This document shows positions 12,101-24,088 of a DNA stretch of 64,000 bases, piece after piece; the first letter of the stretch is position 1; every line of letters begins with the position of its first letter. Made by a program: the position numbers and the translations under genes. The DNA comes from Podarcis muralis (Eukaryota). The notes under the pieces were generated by a model. That model made no database searches. It saw only the letters and a list, made by a program, of their open reading frames with translations, and was not told the DNA's origin. The DNA lies in assembly GCF_964188315.1 (NCBI RefSeq), contig NC_135656.1, positions 51,088,001 through 51,152,000 of the forward strand, given 5' to 3'.

Positions 12101-12427
12101 TTCCTCCTCCCCACATCCCCTCAGCTTTGGAGAAACCTGCTTCAGGTGAACTTGTTGCATCTAGTTAGTGGAGTTATGATATCAAATCTGTGTTTCAAAA
12201 TGAACTTAACCTTTTCTCTCATCTCATGGTTGATGAATGCGTCAGCACCTGTTTGGGCAATGGGTCATCTTTGTGTTCAAGGATCTGAACTTTTGCCTTG
12301 GGTTGCCTAACAGTCTGAAGACAGATATTGATTGAGTCTGGGAGGAGTGTAAGTGTGGAGGAGGAGGAGGAGGAGGGCAAAAGTGAACTATTTAGTACAG
12401 GTGTGGGAAGCCTTTGGTCCTCTAGAT

Positions 12428-12563
12428 CAGTGTTCCCCAACCTTGGGCCTCCAGCTGTTTTTGGACTACAACTCCCATCATCCCTCGCTAGCAAGACCAG
12501 TGGTCAAGGATGATGGGAATTGTAGTCCAAAAACAGCTGGAGGCCCAAGGTTGGGGAACACTG
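12428..12563. mobile_element. Near-perfect palindromic hAT MITE (136 bp)
   Basis: 56-bp inverted arms with 1 mismatch and a 24-nt spacer; perfect TSD CTCTAGAT at 12420-12427 and 12564-12571. Confidence 0.95.
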
Positions 12564-12579
12564 CTCTAGATGTTGCCAA

Positions 12580-12679
12580 ATGACAACTCTTATAATCCCT
12601 GGCCATTGGCCATGCTTGCCAGCGCTGATGGCAGTTGTAGTTTAGAAACATCTGGAGAGCCAAAGGTTCCCCACTCCTG
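12580..12679. mobile_element. Adjacent degenerate hAT MITE of the same class
   Basis: GTTGTAGTTTAGAAACATCTGGAGAGCCAAAGGTTCCCCACTCCTG forms the right arm. Confidence 0.65.
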
Positions 12680-15600
12680 AATTAGTACTATGGCTCCAAC
12701 TGATCTAGATTAATCCCTGGATTTCTCAGTGGCAACCTCAAAAAGTGGAGTGTTGCACCTGTTTGCAGTGTGCATGCAACTGCTGAGACTTGGCCTGTTA
12801 CCCTATGTACAAGGCCTGTTACCCTATGTCTGTGCCCTTAATCCTCTCACAGTAAATAAAGCACAAGACACTTTCGTCTTTACAGAAATATCTGTAAGCT
12901 GGTTCCTTTTCTATAGGAACCCTTACCTGGGGCCAGGGTTCAGGAATACAATTAAAAGAAGTATAGATACCACAACATACTGCTCCACAACTTACAAAAT
13001 GGAGGTGCTAATCTGGCTCTGAATTTAGAGATGAGCTAGGAGCCGGTGTGAAGTGACATATGTTGGTGTGGTTGGACTAGAAGATTGGCAATGCTAGACT
13101 TCCAGTGTTCTTGGGAATTGTTAAGAACATTTTTCTCTTCTACAGCTGACAAAGGGTTACATCTTTTTGTAGCTGGTAACAGTTTTTCTTCTAATAATGC
13201 TAGCAAGTAGATGAATGCATTGGAAATAAGCTCTTGATGGATGTCTTAGTAATGGAGTTTGCTAGTGATGCCAGACCAGTAATGAATGATGGATGAGAAA
13301 AGTAAGTGATTGAAATCTTTATTTTTAAAATATGAGGACAGATAAAGCGCTCCTTTTGTAAGATTATGCATGCACTGCTCCAAGCTGCAGCTTTTTAGTT
13401 GGGGGCAGTGACTGGTCAGCACAACATTGCTGATTCTATTACATTGAAATACATTGGTATTTCCTGCAACGTACAACCAAACCACTGCACTATATGAATT
13501 ACAAGTGGCTGGACTCGTGTGTTAGCACTCATCTGAAGGCATATTGGCTCATGAATTGGTGCATGTGCAGAAATTGCTGATATGATATCCCCTTTTGTTT
13601 AGGTTGATGACTGTAAGGTGAGTTGAAGACACCCCCCAATAGGTGCTTTGTAATGTCGACTTTGGGTGATTTAGACAGTTGTTCAGTGCTGAGCCATGCC
13701 AAGCATCGGATTATCATTTGGTAGTATAGGAAGGTATGAGATGTGGCCTGGTGCCTTAACTAACAGTACTGGCATTGTGTAAACTTACATCTGGTCCTGA
13801 AACATGCCACAAAGCTGCTACCATGAAAATTCAGAAATGTGAGTACAGATGGAGCATTACTCTTCTGGCTTTCCTATCTCTAAATAGGCAGAAAATGGAG
13901 GGGTTGTCTTCCAAATGAAACATGGGATCCCTTATCCACGATTTCCGTGGCTTGCCCTGCATTTATCCCCCAGTCACTGATAAAGTCAAATTTTATTTTC
14001 TAAACCCACTTGTGCACACTTAAAATGTACTTGTTTTGCAGGATGTGGTTGCCAATAAACTGAAAGTATTTGAAGAAGAAAACAATACCCCCTCAATGTA
14101 AACTTTGGTTAGACTCTAGTCCTGTTGGACTCCTGTGGTGTGTCTTCCTCTTACCGCCTGGTTTGTCTCAAGACCACCAGCTCTGCTCTTGCTAAAAGGT
14201 TCTGGCACTTGGTTCCCCTGTTGATAATGCTAAGTGATGCCACATCTGATGAACTTGGTAAATTCCCCCTGACTTCTGGTGTAAGTTCATATTGAAAGAA
14301 TCATGTGGCTTCAAGAGTGGAGATGGGGGTTGTGACTCGCTGGGTTTTATTTCTCCCTATTCAGTTGCTTTGAGGGGTTTTTTCCCCCTCTCTCTGACAG
14401 CTCTGTTACAGTTGGACAGATACCATTTGCATTTCTCTAGCAGCTTGTCACTCTTGGCAGTTTTCCTTTTGGCTATTTTTTTCCAGTCCCGTTTCCTTCA
14501 ATATGTGGTTGCTACAGCTAGTGAAGGGACATGGAAGATTGGGAGGGAATTGTATTATATAGATGAGATCATACAAGGAGGTATCTGTGAGGAACAATAT
14601 TCTTTTGAGCCAGGACATATCACCCAGAAGGATATTTTCCTTCTCCATATGCAGCAAGGTTTTAATTAGTCGGGGGTTAAGCTTGACAATACAAAGACTT
14701 CTTAAAACCCAACTTGGTTAAATGCCCATCATGTTTTAAATGTTTGTAATATAACGCACAGGCATATTTTATATATAAAACCACAAATTAAACACGTAAT
14801 TAGCAAGAGACAGCACCTCCCATCTATGTTGGAGATCAATCCTAGTAGCATTTTATGTTGGTGAAAGTGACCCCCCCCCCCCCGAAATATACATGGAGAA
14901 CTTACCGCATTTTAATTTTCATATTATTCACATGAGGCACCCGTGTAAGAGCAGGGCAGATTCTCATGGGAGCAGTTTCTGAGGTAATGTGGTCCCAAGT
15001 CATTTAGGGCACAGGTGGGTAGAGTTCAGATGGTAGGATCTACTTTGCTTTTTACTACAATATCAGTATCCACCAACTAGGTTCAAGAGATAAAGAATGA
15101 TGAGCCCAGGAATTTCTTTTGAAGATTAGAACTTCCATGCACAAAATCCAGCCCTGTTTATTTCCTCCCCGATTTTTTCAGTGACATAATTGGTGGTGGT
15201 GGTAAATTATTTTGTTCTTAGCATTGGTCAACATTTGGGAGTCAGAAACATTTGTCCATAGTGTATGAAATAAATTATTATTACTACACCAACCCAAGCT
15301 CTATATAAAACTGTTTAAGAATAGATGGTGACTGGGATCTGAAGGGTTACTTCAGATGTGTCTCCCAGGGATCACCTATACCCAGTAAAATGCATTTGTT
15401 TAATCCATGCCTTATTGCTCCCCTCCATTTAAAGAAGCCAACTGCCCTGCAACATGGGACAGGAGACTGCCCTTAAGGAAGTGGGGCCCTGAACCTCCCT
15501 TAGGCCTGTAGAACTTGTTGCCCAGTTCTTTGGATCACAGGTCAATATTTGGTAAAGCTCAGACTTAAGTTGTCCATTTGAAGAAAACTTTATGGAGTAC

Positions 15601-15902
15601 CTTTGTTCTATTTTGACCTTTTGCTATGGTCACTTCCTCAGCATTTTCCCATCCATATAAATGGGTGTGGGTAGAAAGGAGAATGTTTTGTAACGAGAAT
15701 ACTTATCTCTATAGTGGATACTTGACCCAAAAAGCAGGGGGGAAATAGTTTTTACCAAATTTCCAATTCTTACTGATAAGCAAGCCCTACAAATTAGCCA
15801 GTTGATTTTCCCTTCTACCTAGAAGTCATAGGGCCGGTCCACACATTAGCTGGTACGGTGATCTGAAGTTAGGACATTGGGTTTTCAACAGGGGAGCCTT
15901 CC

Positions 15903-16020
15903 TTTAGATGTAAGAAGAGCCCGGCTGGATCAGACAAACGCCTGTCTAGTTCAGCCTTCTGTTTCCACAGTAACCAATGAAATGCTTATGGGAAGCCCAT
16001 AAGCAGGACATGAGTATGGT
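15903..16020 (-). mobile_element. CR1 LINE 3' end
   Basis: GTAAGAAGAGCCCGGCTGGATCAGAC...TCTAGTTCAGC...ATGGGAAGCCC is the reverse of a CR1 terminus. Confidence 0.65.
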
Positions 16021-16882
16021 GAAATTTGCAGTATATGTGTTCTTGTCATGCATTGGATGCTGCTTTCAGCAGGTTGCTAGTTACCTCATTCAGCTCCAGT
16101 GTCCCACTATGCATATGAAATTATCAAAATGGTGAGTGTGTGGGCCAATCCACGATTTCAGTGTGCATGAGTCATACTGATCACGGAATGATTACTTAAA
16201 AGGTTGCTGGGAAAGTTCCCCTTCTTTCTTAACGTCTTCCTAGGATGTGCAAATCACACACACAGTCCCCTTCTGCAGTATGATCAAGCATGCAGAGGCT
16301 ATCTCTGGCTAATAAAGTGTTCCATTTCCTCTAGAGGACTCCCAAGATGCACTTGGTTCACCAAAAGGGCTTGCCGCAAAGCAGCCAGCATGACATCATT
16401 TAGGTCTTTGGCCCCCAGAAGTTCTGGCTCGCTAAGCATTCTATAGCATTTCAGTAATGGATCACTTTTGGCAGCCTGCCTAGAGAGAGAGGGAGAGAGC
16501 CTTCTACTGGGGCTGGAAAAGCCTGTATATCTTTGTTGCTTTCCCTTCTTTACGCTGCCTGTATTTCAAGCCTATTCTCATGAGACTTTAATCAGATTTG
16601 TGGAAACTACTTACAGGGGACTGGTTTTATTTAAAGCTCAGAGTAGTTAAACAAAACCTGGGAAAGTAAGAGATTGCAATACAATACTGGAGGGTGGGGG
16701 AAAGAAAAGTGTGTGTGTGAGAGAGAGAGAAATCCACATCCATCTTGCAAAAGCGATAATTTTGACTTCCTAGTTGGGGTTTTCAAAATGGTATCTTTCC
16801 TAGGGTTGTAAAGGACTGGGGTGAAGCTGGACCAGATCTTCAGGGGTGCTCTTTTCCTTCAAATGGGAATTGATGCATCCCT

Positions 16883-16884
<2 letters not shown>

Positions 16885-16956
<72 letters not shown>

Positions 16957-16958
16957 TG
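16885..16958. repeat. Compound (CT)n(GT)n microsatellite
   Basis: Read directly. Confidence 0.95.
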
Positions 16959-17757
16959 TTGCGCACACACAGACATGAAATTCAGCAATATACAGCATGG
17001 AGCAGCCTGTTGCTAAGGGGTGCTTTGTATGTGATTCTGTCCATTGAAGGCAAAGAATGGAGAGCAGGAGAAGAAAAAGTTATAGAGAGGGGCTTGATTA
17101 CAACATGACAAATGTTAAATGTGTAGGTGCAACAGAGAAAGGAGTGGAGGAGATGGGGGTAGCCTAGGAAATAGAATGGATGCTCTCCAGAAACAGAAGG
17201 TTGTGTGTACATGGGGGGGGGGGGAGATGTTTCAGGGATTTGTGGAGAAGGTAGCAAAAGTGGTTGAGCCATAGAGAAGTATGTAACCAAGTGCAGTTTA
17301 TAGGTCCCACTTCCAAGCAGATGGTGGTCCTTCTGCACATGGGAGTCACTCCTGAATTGTTATTGCAGCTTCAGGGGGAGGAGAGCAAAAGGAAAGAATG
17401 AAATAAGCTGCAGGCTCCCAGTAGAGGTTCCATTTTTGTGACCTTGTCTGAGGTGGGAGTGACCTGCATAGGTAAGCTCAACCAGTAACAAAAGCTTTGA
17501 GATGGAATAAAGTTAACATTTAATATTTATTTTCACAAAATATACAGAGAAGCTTTATCAGAGAGAAACATATTGGTATATGCTTCTGTTGGTCAGAATG
17601 CTGGTTAATACTGTAGTCCAGGATGAACTGTTGATGTTTCTTTGTTGCCATGGAGGCTAATAATTAGGAGATGGCTTCCTGATCATCAGGAACTTCCTTG
17701 TGACCATCAGGGCTTGGAGAGGGTGATTTCTTGTTAACTGAAGGGAGTGGATGACAA

Positions 17758-17759
<2 letters not shown>

Positions 17760-17822
<63 letters not shown>
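17760..17822. repeat. Compound (TG)n(AG)n microsatellite
   Basis: Read directly. Confidence 0.95.
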
Positions 17823-17825
<3 letters not shown>

Positions 17826-17937
17826 GAGAAGCTGCTGTTTGCGGTTTGGAAGAGGTGGAGAGAGGAAAGTTTCTGGCAGGAGCTAGCAGAAAGTGGGGAT
17901 AGCTTTGAGGATGGGTTGTCCATGTTTCTCTTTAGAC

Positions 17938-18070
17938 CAGGGCTGGGGAACCTGTGGCCCTAAAGATTAGACTACAGTTCCCATCAGTCCTAGCCAGCAT
18001 GGCCAATGATTAGGGCTTATGGGAGTTGTAGTGCAATAGCCTCTGGAGGGTTTGAGGCTCCCCATTACTG
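17938..18070. mobile_element. Palindromic hAT MITE, degenerate
   Basis: CAGGGCTGGGGAACCTGTGGCCC...GACTACAGTTCCCATCA...ATGGGAGTTGTAGT...CCCCATTACTG. Confidence 0.7.
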
Positions 18071-19874
18071 TCTTATGAACCTGTATTGCTGAGGCCCTTG
18101 CTTACTCTCAACTTATATTCTGCTTCTCTATATAAAATAAGGTGCCTTTTATAGTGTTTGTTTTAAGGCGCTCTCATGCCTGGGAAACCAAGCCTTGTGG
18201 CACTGGAACTTTTTATTTCTCAGGGATGTGAATTCATGGTACTGTGGGGAAAACTTTGTTGCCCCAAGTCAGTCCACCCCTAAATAGCTAGCAAGGCTGG
18301 GTAAAGTGCTTTCAGATTCTTAGACACAACAAATATTGGATGCAACATGCTCTTTTTCCCAAGAGGTGAGCAAACAGAGGAAAGCAGTGACAGCAGCAGA
18401 ACCCCAGGAGGAGATATGGCTGTTGTTTGGCATGGCCAACAGCCAAGACTAACAGCCTGCGATCTCTAAATATTTACCAGTTTTCCCAGGGCAGTAAATT
18501 CTGCAAGTGGGTGGGAAATTAGCTAACTCTGAAGAACATTCACAGGGAGCGTATTCCTGATGCTTTTAATCCCTGTCTGCTCTGTGCCACCATTGCACTT
18601 GGGCCTTTGGGATTGTAGTGTTGGTGATAAATTTTCTTAAGTTTGTGTGCAGGGACTGGAAGCCAAATTTAGATGATAATGAAGCGAAGCGTGCTCTTGT
18701 CCCTTTCTAAGACTCAAATTTGTGGCTACAGACAATGTGTATGAAGGATATCAAACTGCTAGTCATAGATATCGATGAAAGCAACTACTTAGAAATGGGA
18801 ATGATTAAGCGGTATAGAAATGTGTTAAACAGGCAAACAAACAGTTGTGAAACAATGTCAGATACATTAATTTTGCCCATGTGAGGGTTCTTCATTGTGG
18901 GGCTTCATTTACCTTGAGCATCCATTAGGAAGATCAAACCAAAATGTTTCCAAGCAGCACAACCCTGAAGGTTCCAGGGCAGCGTGGATAAAGCGTTCGC
19001 CCCACCCCACCCTATAGCAGTGATTGTACAGTACTCCCTGCAGTTGCTGCTGAGCACCAATTTTTTAAAAACTCAGTCCACAGTGAAGCCAGGAAGTGTT
19101 CCCCTAGCTGTTACAGATGTTATCACATAGCTGGCTCTTATTTGTTCTATTGCATCATTATACAGCCAAACTGGAAGCCCTGTTCACACAATTGTGTGCC
19201 AACTGTGCATTGATTGTAAAGTGGGGCTGTGCCTTTCAGCTCTGTCCCTGCGAGCACATCTGTTTTCCTGGAACAAAATTGCATTGTGTGTGGTTGCCTG
19301 GAAAGAAACAAGAAACCTGCAAGGTTCTGCTTGCTTTTAGAGGGGCTCCATGCAGCTGGGACACCTGCACAGCTGGGTGGCCTGATTGTGTAGAGCAGCT
19401 TCATGCGTGGAGCAGCTCATGCATTGAGTTTTCACTTACAGACTATTGTAGACAATGCAGGGTTGTTTTAGGTAGCAGGGTTAAAAGTGTGGTCCTGGTC
19501 CTCAGTCAAAGCACAGCAGCTCTACATGTGAGGAATGTGTGAATGACAGTTAATGCTTTCTGACCTCACTTGGGCTTCTTGTGGGTTAATTTAGAAAATC
19601 ACAGCTATGGGGATTACAGATAAATCATTAAAAAGGGCAAGAAAGGTGAGTTAAAAGGACTTTCATTAAAGCGGCCCCTTTCAATACAAAAAAAGTTTGC
19701 ATATAAATGATGCAAAGAAACCACCCCCAGCTACTGCCCTTTCTGAATAGCTGCCCAGACAATGATCATCTTCTAAGGATTAATTAAAGTATCTCTTTAA
19801 TGGACTATGGAAGCATCGTAACAGCATTTTGATGTGATCCGAGTTCCCTAAAGTGTCTTTCTTCTTCCCCACAG

Positions 19875-19955
19875 GTATACATTATTAAAGTCACCTGGTC
19901 CAATGGCGCCACTGAAGCAATTTACCGACGGTACAGCAAGTTCTTTGACCTGCAG
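19875..19955 (+). CDS. SH3PXD2B: SH3PXD2B coding exon 2: [27 protein letters not shown]
   Basis: Acceptor cttcttccccacag| at 19874; 81 nt; donor CAG|GTAAGA at 19956. Contains the PX phosphoinositide-binding YRRYSKF motif. Too short to appear in the ORF track. Confidence 0.97.
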
Positions 19956-20242
19956 GTAAGATTATTGCTGTGTTTTTGCTGTATTCTGGGGTTCCTGTTC
20001 TGGAGGGCTATAACCTATTATCTGACTTACGTTTGGGATGGCACAGAGTATTTTGGTCAGGTGACAGTTTTACACTTTTACATAACAGCTGCCCTGAATG
20101 GAGTATGAAGTCCTGTGGCTGGTTCGTCTCCTATGGTTTTGCATGTTTATTGGAAGTGCCAGCATTAATGTTGATCCATGTCACACCTTTCCTTCTTTCT
20201 GAGAACCACCCTCTTGGTTCCAGACATGCTGGAGCAGGATAG

Positions 20243-20385
20243 TATCATAGAATTGTAGAGTTGTAGGGAGACCCCAGGGGTCATCAAGTCCCTGCAATTC
20301 AGGAATCTCGGTTAAAGCATCCATGATGGCTATCCAACCTCTGCTGAAAAACCTCCAAGGAAGGAGAGTCTACAACCTCCCGAGT
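20243..20385 (-). mobile_element. CR1 LINE 3' end
   Basis: ATCATAGAATTGTAGAGTTG...CCAACCTCTGCTGAAAAACCTCC; reverse of the terminus seen at 30043-30180. Confidence 0.8.
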
Positions 20386-20409
20386 ACAGAAGAGGGCGAG
20401 CTTGGGGGT

Positions 20410-20710
20410 TTGGGAGGCGTGTTCCCAAATGCAAGGAGGCTGCCAGATAACTAAAGTTAAGATCTTCCTCTTCAGAAATGCTTTTTAAAGACATGTTTTG
20501 ATGTTCACTGCAGATATTTGACTTCAAAGTTTTACTGGAACCGGGTTATGTTTTATTGCTCCTGTTTCCTTTTTGTGTGTTTGAGTTTTATTTTTGACTG
20601 CTGCCTTTATTGGAGGTTTTACTTGGTATTATGGATTGATTTTAATGTTGCCAGCTGCTTTGAAAGTCAGTTTGGCCAAAAAGGAGAGTAGACGTGTAGG
20701 AAATAAATGA
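20410..20710 (+). mobile_element. Old L2-type 3' region
   Basis: AAGATCTTCCTCTTCAG...GCTTTT (end of ORF2), a T-rich UTR and the tail GCTGCTTTGA...AAATAAA. Confidence 0.45.
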
Positions 20711-22097
20711 GAGAAGCAGCAGCAAAGAAGCTACTTCACAACTTTGCCAGAGTTGCTCTGGGTCTTCCATGCTCAGCATGTGAATGTGGCCTTTAAAACT
20801 GCAACTGCTTCGTTGTGGAGGAGAACTTGCTTTCTCTGAAGCTTCATATAAACCCTAAGTTAAGGCCAAGTGCTTCTCGACTTGAGTTACATGGGTTGGG
20901 CATAAGATTCACGTGCAAGGTCACAACTGATGCATTTTGGCCTGCTCTTAAGGAAACTTAGATGTAGTCTGGATTCCCTCAGTCTTTCCTTCATGCGTTC
21001 CATGGGCCTTCTGTGTCCAGTGGAGTCACTTGTATCTAACAATTAAGACAGGGATGGAGCTTGCCATGCAAGTAACACAAACCATTTGCTGTGAAGGTGT
21101 GGTAGATCTGTACAGTTGGGCAAAGGCTCACTTGTTTATTTTATCAGGATTTATCTTATTTTAATCCCTTGCGTGTTAGATTTTGACCTGAAAGTTCACC
21201 CCATATGTCTTCAAGCTCCGGTTTAAATCACATTTCTAAAAGTTGCAAGATGCTCATGTCTTCATAATGTATATGTGAATTTTGCACATTTGTCTTTTTC
21301 CTACATGCCTTAAAGTAGCTTTCAGTAAAGGGGGGGGGGGGGCGGAGCCAGTTGTTTGGAAAGTGTTAGTTTTCATACCCACTACTGCTTCAGATGTTGC
21401 TTTGCTGCCTTAAATGATTGTAGAATGAGGAATTATTTTTTCCCCAAAATTGTGTTGAATTGGTGATGCTTTATTTCTGGTGCTTCAGAGTTTGGATATT
21501 AGCTTAATAGTGTCTAAATATCTAGCATGCTGAATTAGGGTGTTTGTTGCTACCAAATGTTTCAGGCCGTAGTCTGATGTGGTTACTTGGAACATGCAGA
21601 GTGCTCGTTTGGGGCCATCTTTTTAAGTGACACTTCATTTAGCTCCTGCTCATTGTGAATGGAATCCGTTTCTGGTAAACTGGTGGTCACAAAGTTTTTG
21701 TGAGTCTGGTGGGTCTAGTATCCAGTGGTTAGGATTCCTATTTTGATACAAGCCCCTTCATTCAGCTCCTTTCTCCAGTTTCTCCATGAACAATGACCCT
21801 AATGAATTATTTTGCCAGTAATGCACACCATGGAATGTAGAAAGAGAATTAATTCATTGCACAGCATTATTGGCAGCATAATGCATTGCAGGTTTCTGGA
21901 AAGAGAATACATTATATTACAGAGTTTTCTTGTTTTTCTGCAGCACAAATGTGATACCCAGTTCCAATTTTAATGCATAACTTTCTCTCTTTCTCCTACT
22001 TTTGCCCAGTGGTTTTGTTATTATCATATGTAGTAAGTTAATTTTCGAGGAGGGTGGTTCGGATGCTGCTAAGGGTAGACAAAACCACAATGGAGGG

Positions 22098-22266
22098 CAG
22101 TGGCGTAGCGTGGGTTGTCAGCACCCGGGGCAAGGCAAGTAATTTGCGCCCCCTAACCCATGGATTTGCGCCCCCTAACCCGTGGATTTGCGCCCCCTAA
22201 CCCTAACCCCCAGATGTTGCGTCCGGTGCGGCCGGCCCCCCCTGCACCCCCCACGCTACGCCACTG
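22098..22266. mobile_element. Young hAT MITE (169 bp) with internal CCCTAA-containing 22-bp tandem repeats
   Basis: Perfect 17-bp TIRs CAGTGGCGTAGCGTGGG; perfect TSD ATGGAGGG (22090-22097, 22267-22274); 3 copies of ATTTGCGCCCCCTAACCC; CpGs intact. Confidence 0.93.
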
Positions 22267-22274
22267 ATGGAGGG

Positions 22275-22908
22275 TAGGGTTGGCTGATATCAGCATTGCG
22301 GTATATCACCAGCAAAACATTGCGGTCTGGCGATATACCACAATGTTGAAAAACCAAGTTGCATTGGCCTCAGCCTGCAAGGCACCAGGTAAATTGCCGC
22401 AGGTCTCACTGCGGGAGCTGAGGCAGTTTCACCCCAGTGCCTAGCAGGCAGGGACAACACAGCTTGTTTGTACGGCTCAGCTAGGGCATGGGAGAGCTCC
22501 CGATCCTTATCTGAGCCATTCCTGGTGCTCCCCCGGCTTGCGTGGGAGCCAGTGCCAGGCTGTAGGATCCTTTAACTGCTCAGCTAAGGGGGATGGCAAC
22601 CGCTGAGCAGTTTAAAGATGCAGAGGGAGGAACAAGCTGTATTGGTGCCTCGCCGATGCAGCTTTTTTGTCCCTCTGTGCAGTATGAGGGCAAAGTGGGA
22701 TGGCGGCTTCACTTAGCGATATATCTCTGGTGAAACCGCCACTGCTCCTGAGTTGCTCTGCTAGTAACGCTCGCTGAGGGAAGTCACTAGCAGAGGGACT
22801 CAGGAGCTGTGGCGGTTTCACCAGTGATATACCTCTGAGTGAAGCCAACATCGCGGTCTGCTCCTCATACTGGTCCTGGGTGATCTATGGATATATCGCC
22901 TAGGCCTC
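22275..22908. mobile_element. Older hAT-type non-autonomous element (TAGGG..GATAT termini)
   Basis: Left end TAGGGTTGGCTGATAT, right end GATATATCGCCTAGGCCTC; subterminal repeats AACATYGCGGTCTG and GGTTTCACC/GGTGAAACC; flanks ATGGAGGG / ATGAAAGG (6/8). Confidence 0.6.
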
Positions 22909-23600
22909 ATGAAAGGGCTGATTTGATCCGAAAGTTGGTGGCAAAAGCCATACAGAATATTCCTATCTAGTTCTGGACATAAGATGAAGAGTGTGTTTTC
23001 CAAAGGGAGATGAGCCAAGGACACTAGCTGTGCTTTATGAGCCAGAACACAAACTCGGCTGCATAGACGAGAGGAAAATCCCAAGTGAGCACCTGTTAAA
23101 ATTGCTTCCATAGCCTCGTGATCTGAATCTGGGCATTATAGCAAGTCCCAAACCTAAGGACTGGTTTCTTGATCGAGTGCCTTGCAACAACTTTTTTTTT
23201 CACCTGGAGTCTGCAAAGGTGGTTTACAAAATTGATTAAATACAACTGTTCAGAGGCTAAAAATCTAATGGATGACTCAAGTTCCTTTGAGACTGGGTGG
23301 AGGAGAGAAGGTGTACTTGCAAGATCTCAGCTTGGGAAGGTTCTTCATCAGCCATTTATTTTTGTTTACCTATAGTAATAGAACAGATAAGTGCTGCAAT
23401 TGTTATCTGTGGTTTCTTCATTATGTTTGCTGTACTGTAATATGAATGGACCACCAGCAATTACATCACAGAGAGCACTTTCAGATCACTTAAACACAAT
23501 TAAGTTTCAAAGGACTTGACTCATATGCATTAGAGAGGTATAGAGGCTAGTGTGTTAGACTAGGCGTCAGGAGACCATGTTCAAATCCTCAATTATCATG

Positions 23601-24088
23601 TTACAGGTAGGTAGCCGTGTTGGTCTGCCGTAGTTGAAACAAAACAAAAAAAATCCTTCCAGTAGCACCTTAGCGACTAAGTTTGTTATTGGTATGAGCT
23701 TTCGTGTGTATGCACACTTCTTCAGATACACTGAAACAGAAGTCATCAGACCCTTAAATATATTGAGAGGATGGGGAGGGGTATCAGTATTACTCAGAAG
23801 GGTGGTTCGAATGGGTGATTGGCTGATAGGTGTGGTAAACTGTTGACGACTGTTAACGACTGCAATTGGTCTTACAGGAAAAAGCAAGGGGTGAGATGGC
23901 TAAAAATCATGTATAATGAGATAAGAATCCAATGTCTTTATTCAGACCAGGTCTTTTCTTTCCATGGTTTTAAGGTTGGTAATAAGTTGCAATTCAGCAA
24001 CTTCTCTTTCCAGTCTATTTCTGAAATTCTTTTGTAATAAGACAGTTACTTTGAGATCTTGTATAGAATGTCCTGGGAGATTGAAGTG
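23601..24088 (-). mobile_element. Penelope-like element, 5'-truncated, with GIY-YIG endonuclease C-terminus
   Basis: The minus strand encodes HFNLPGHSIQDLKVTVLLQKNFRNRLEREVAELQLI...(frameshift)PGLNKDIGFLSHYT* (stop at 23907-23909). The terminus ACAGGTAGGTAGCCGTGTTGGTCTG...GCACACTTCTTCAGATAC is typical of squamate Penelope ends. Confidence 0.88.

Noticed and set aside
11890-12340. LPKQVL / EDRSR motifs on the minus strand, reminiscent of an RTE C-terminus
   Set aside because: Spacing is inconsistent and the similarity is too weak.
14560-14645. EEQYSFEPGHITQKDIFLL, resembling the RTE RT motif EEQxGFRPGRxTxDxIF
   Set aside because: The flanking residues do not match an RT and the similarity is short; needs an HMM search before calling.
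16094-19651. Other strong donors (ATG|GTGAGT at 16132, AAG|GTGAGT at 19646)
   Set aside because: The upstream acceptors are weak or give frameshifting lengths; cryptic sites at this density are expected.
19871-19880. CAG|GTATAC at the exon 2 acceptor as a recursive splice site
   Set aside because: The GT is simply the conserved Val codon that starts exon 2.
22142-22209. Repeat array resembling CRISPR or a true telomeric tract
   Set aside because: Eukaryotic context, no unique spacers, only 2.5 contiguous CCCTAA units, and it lies inside a TIR/TSD-bounded MITE.
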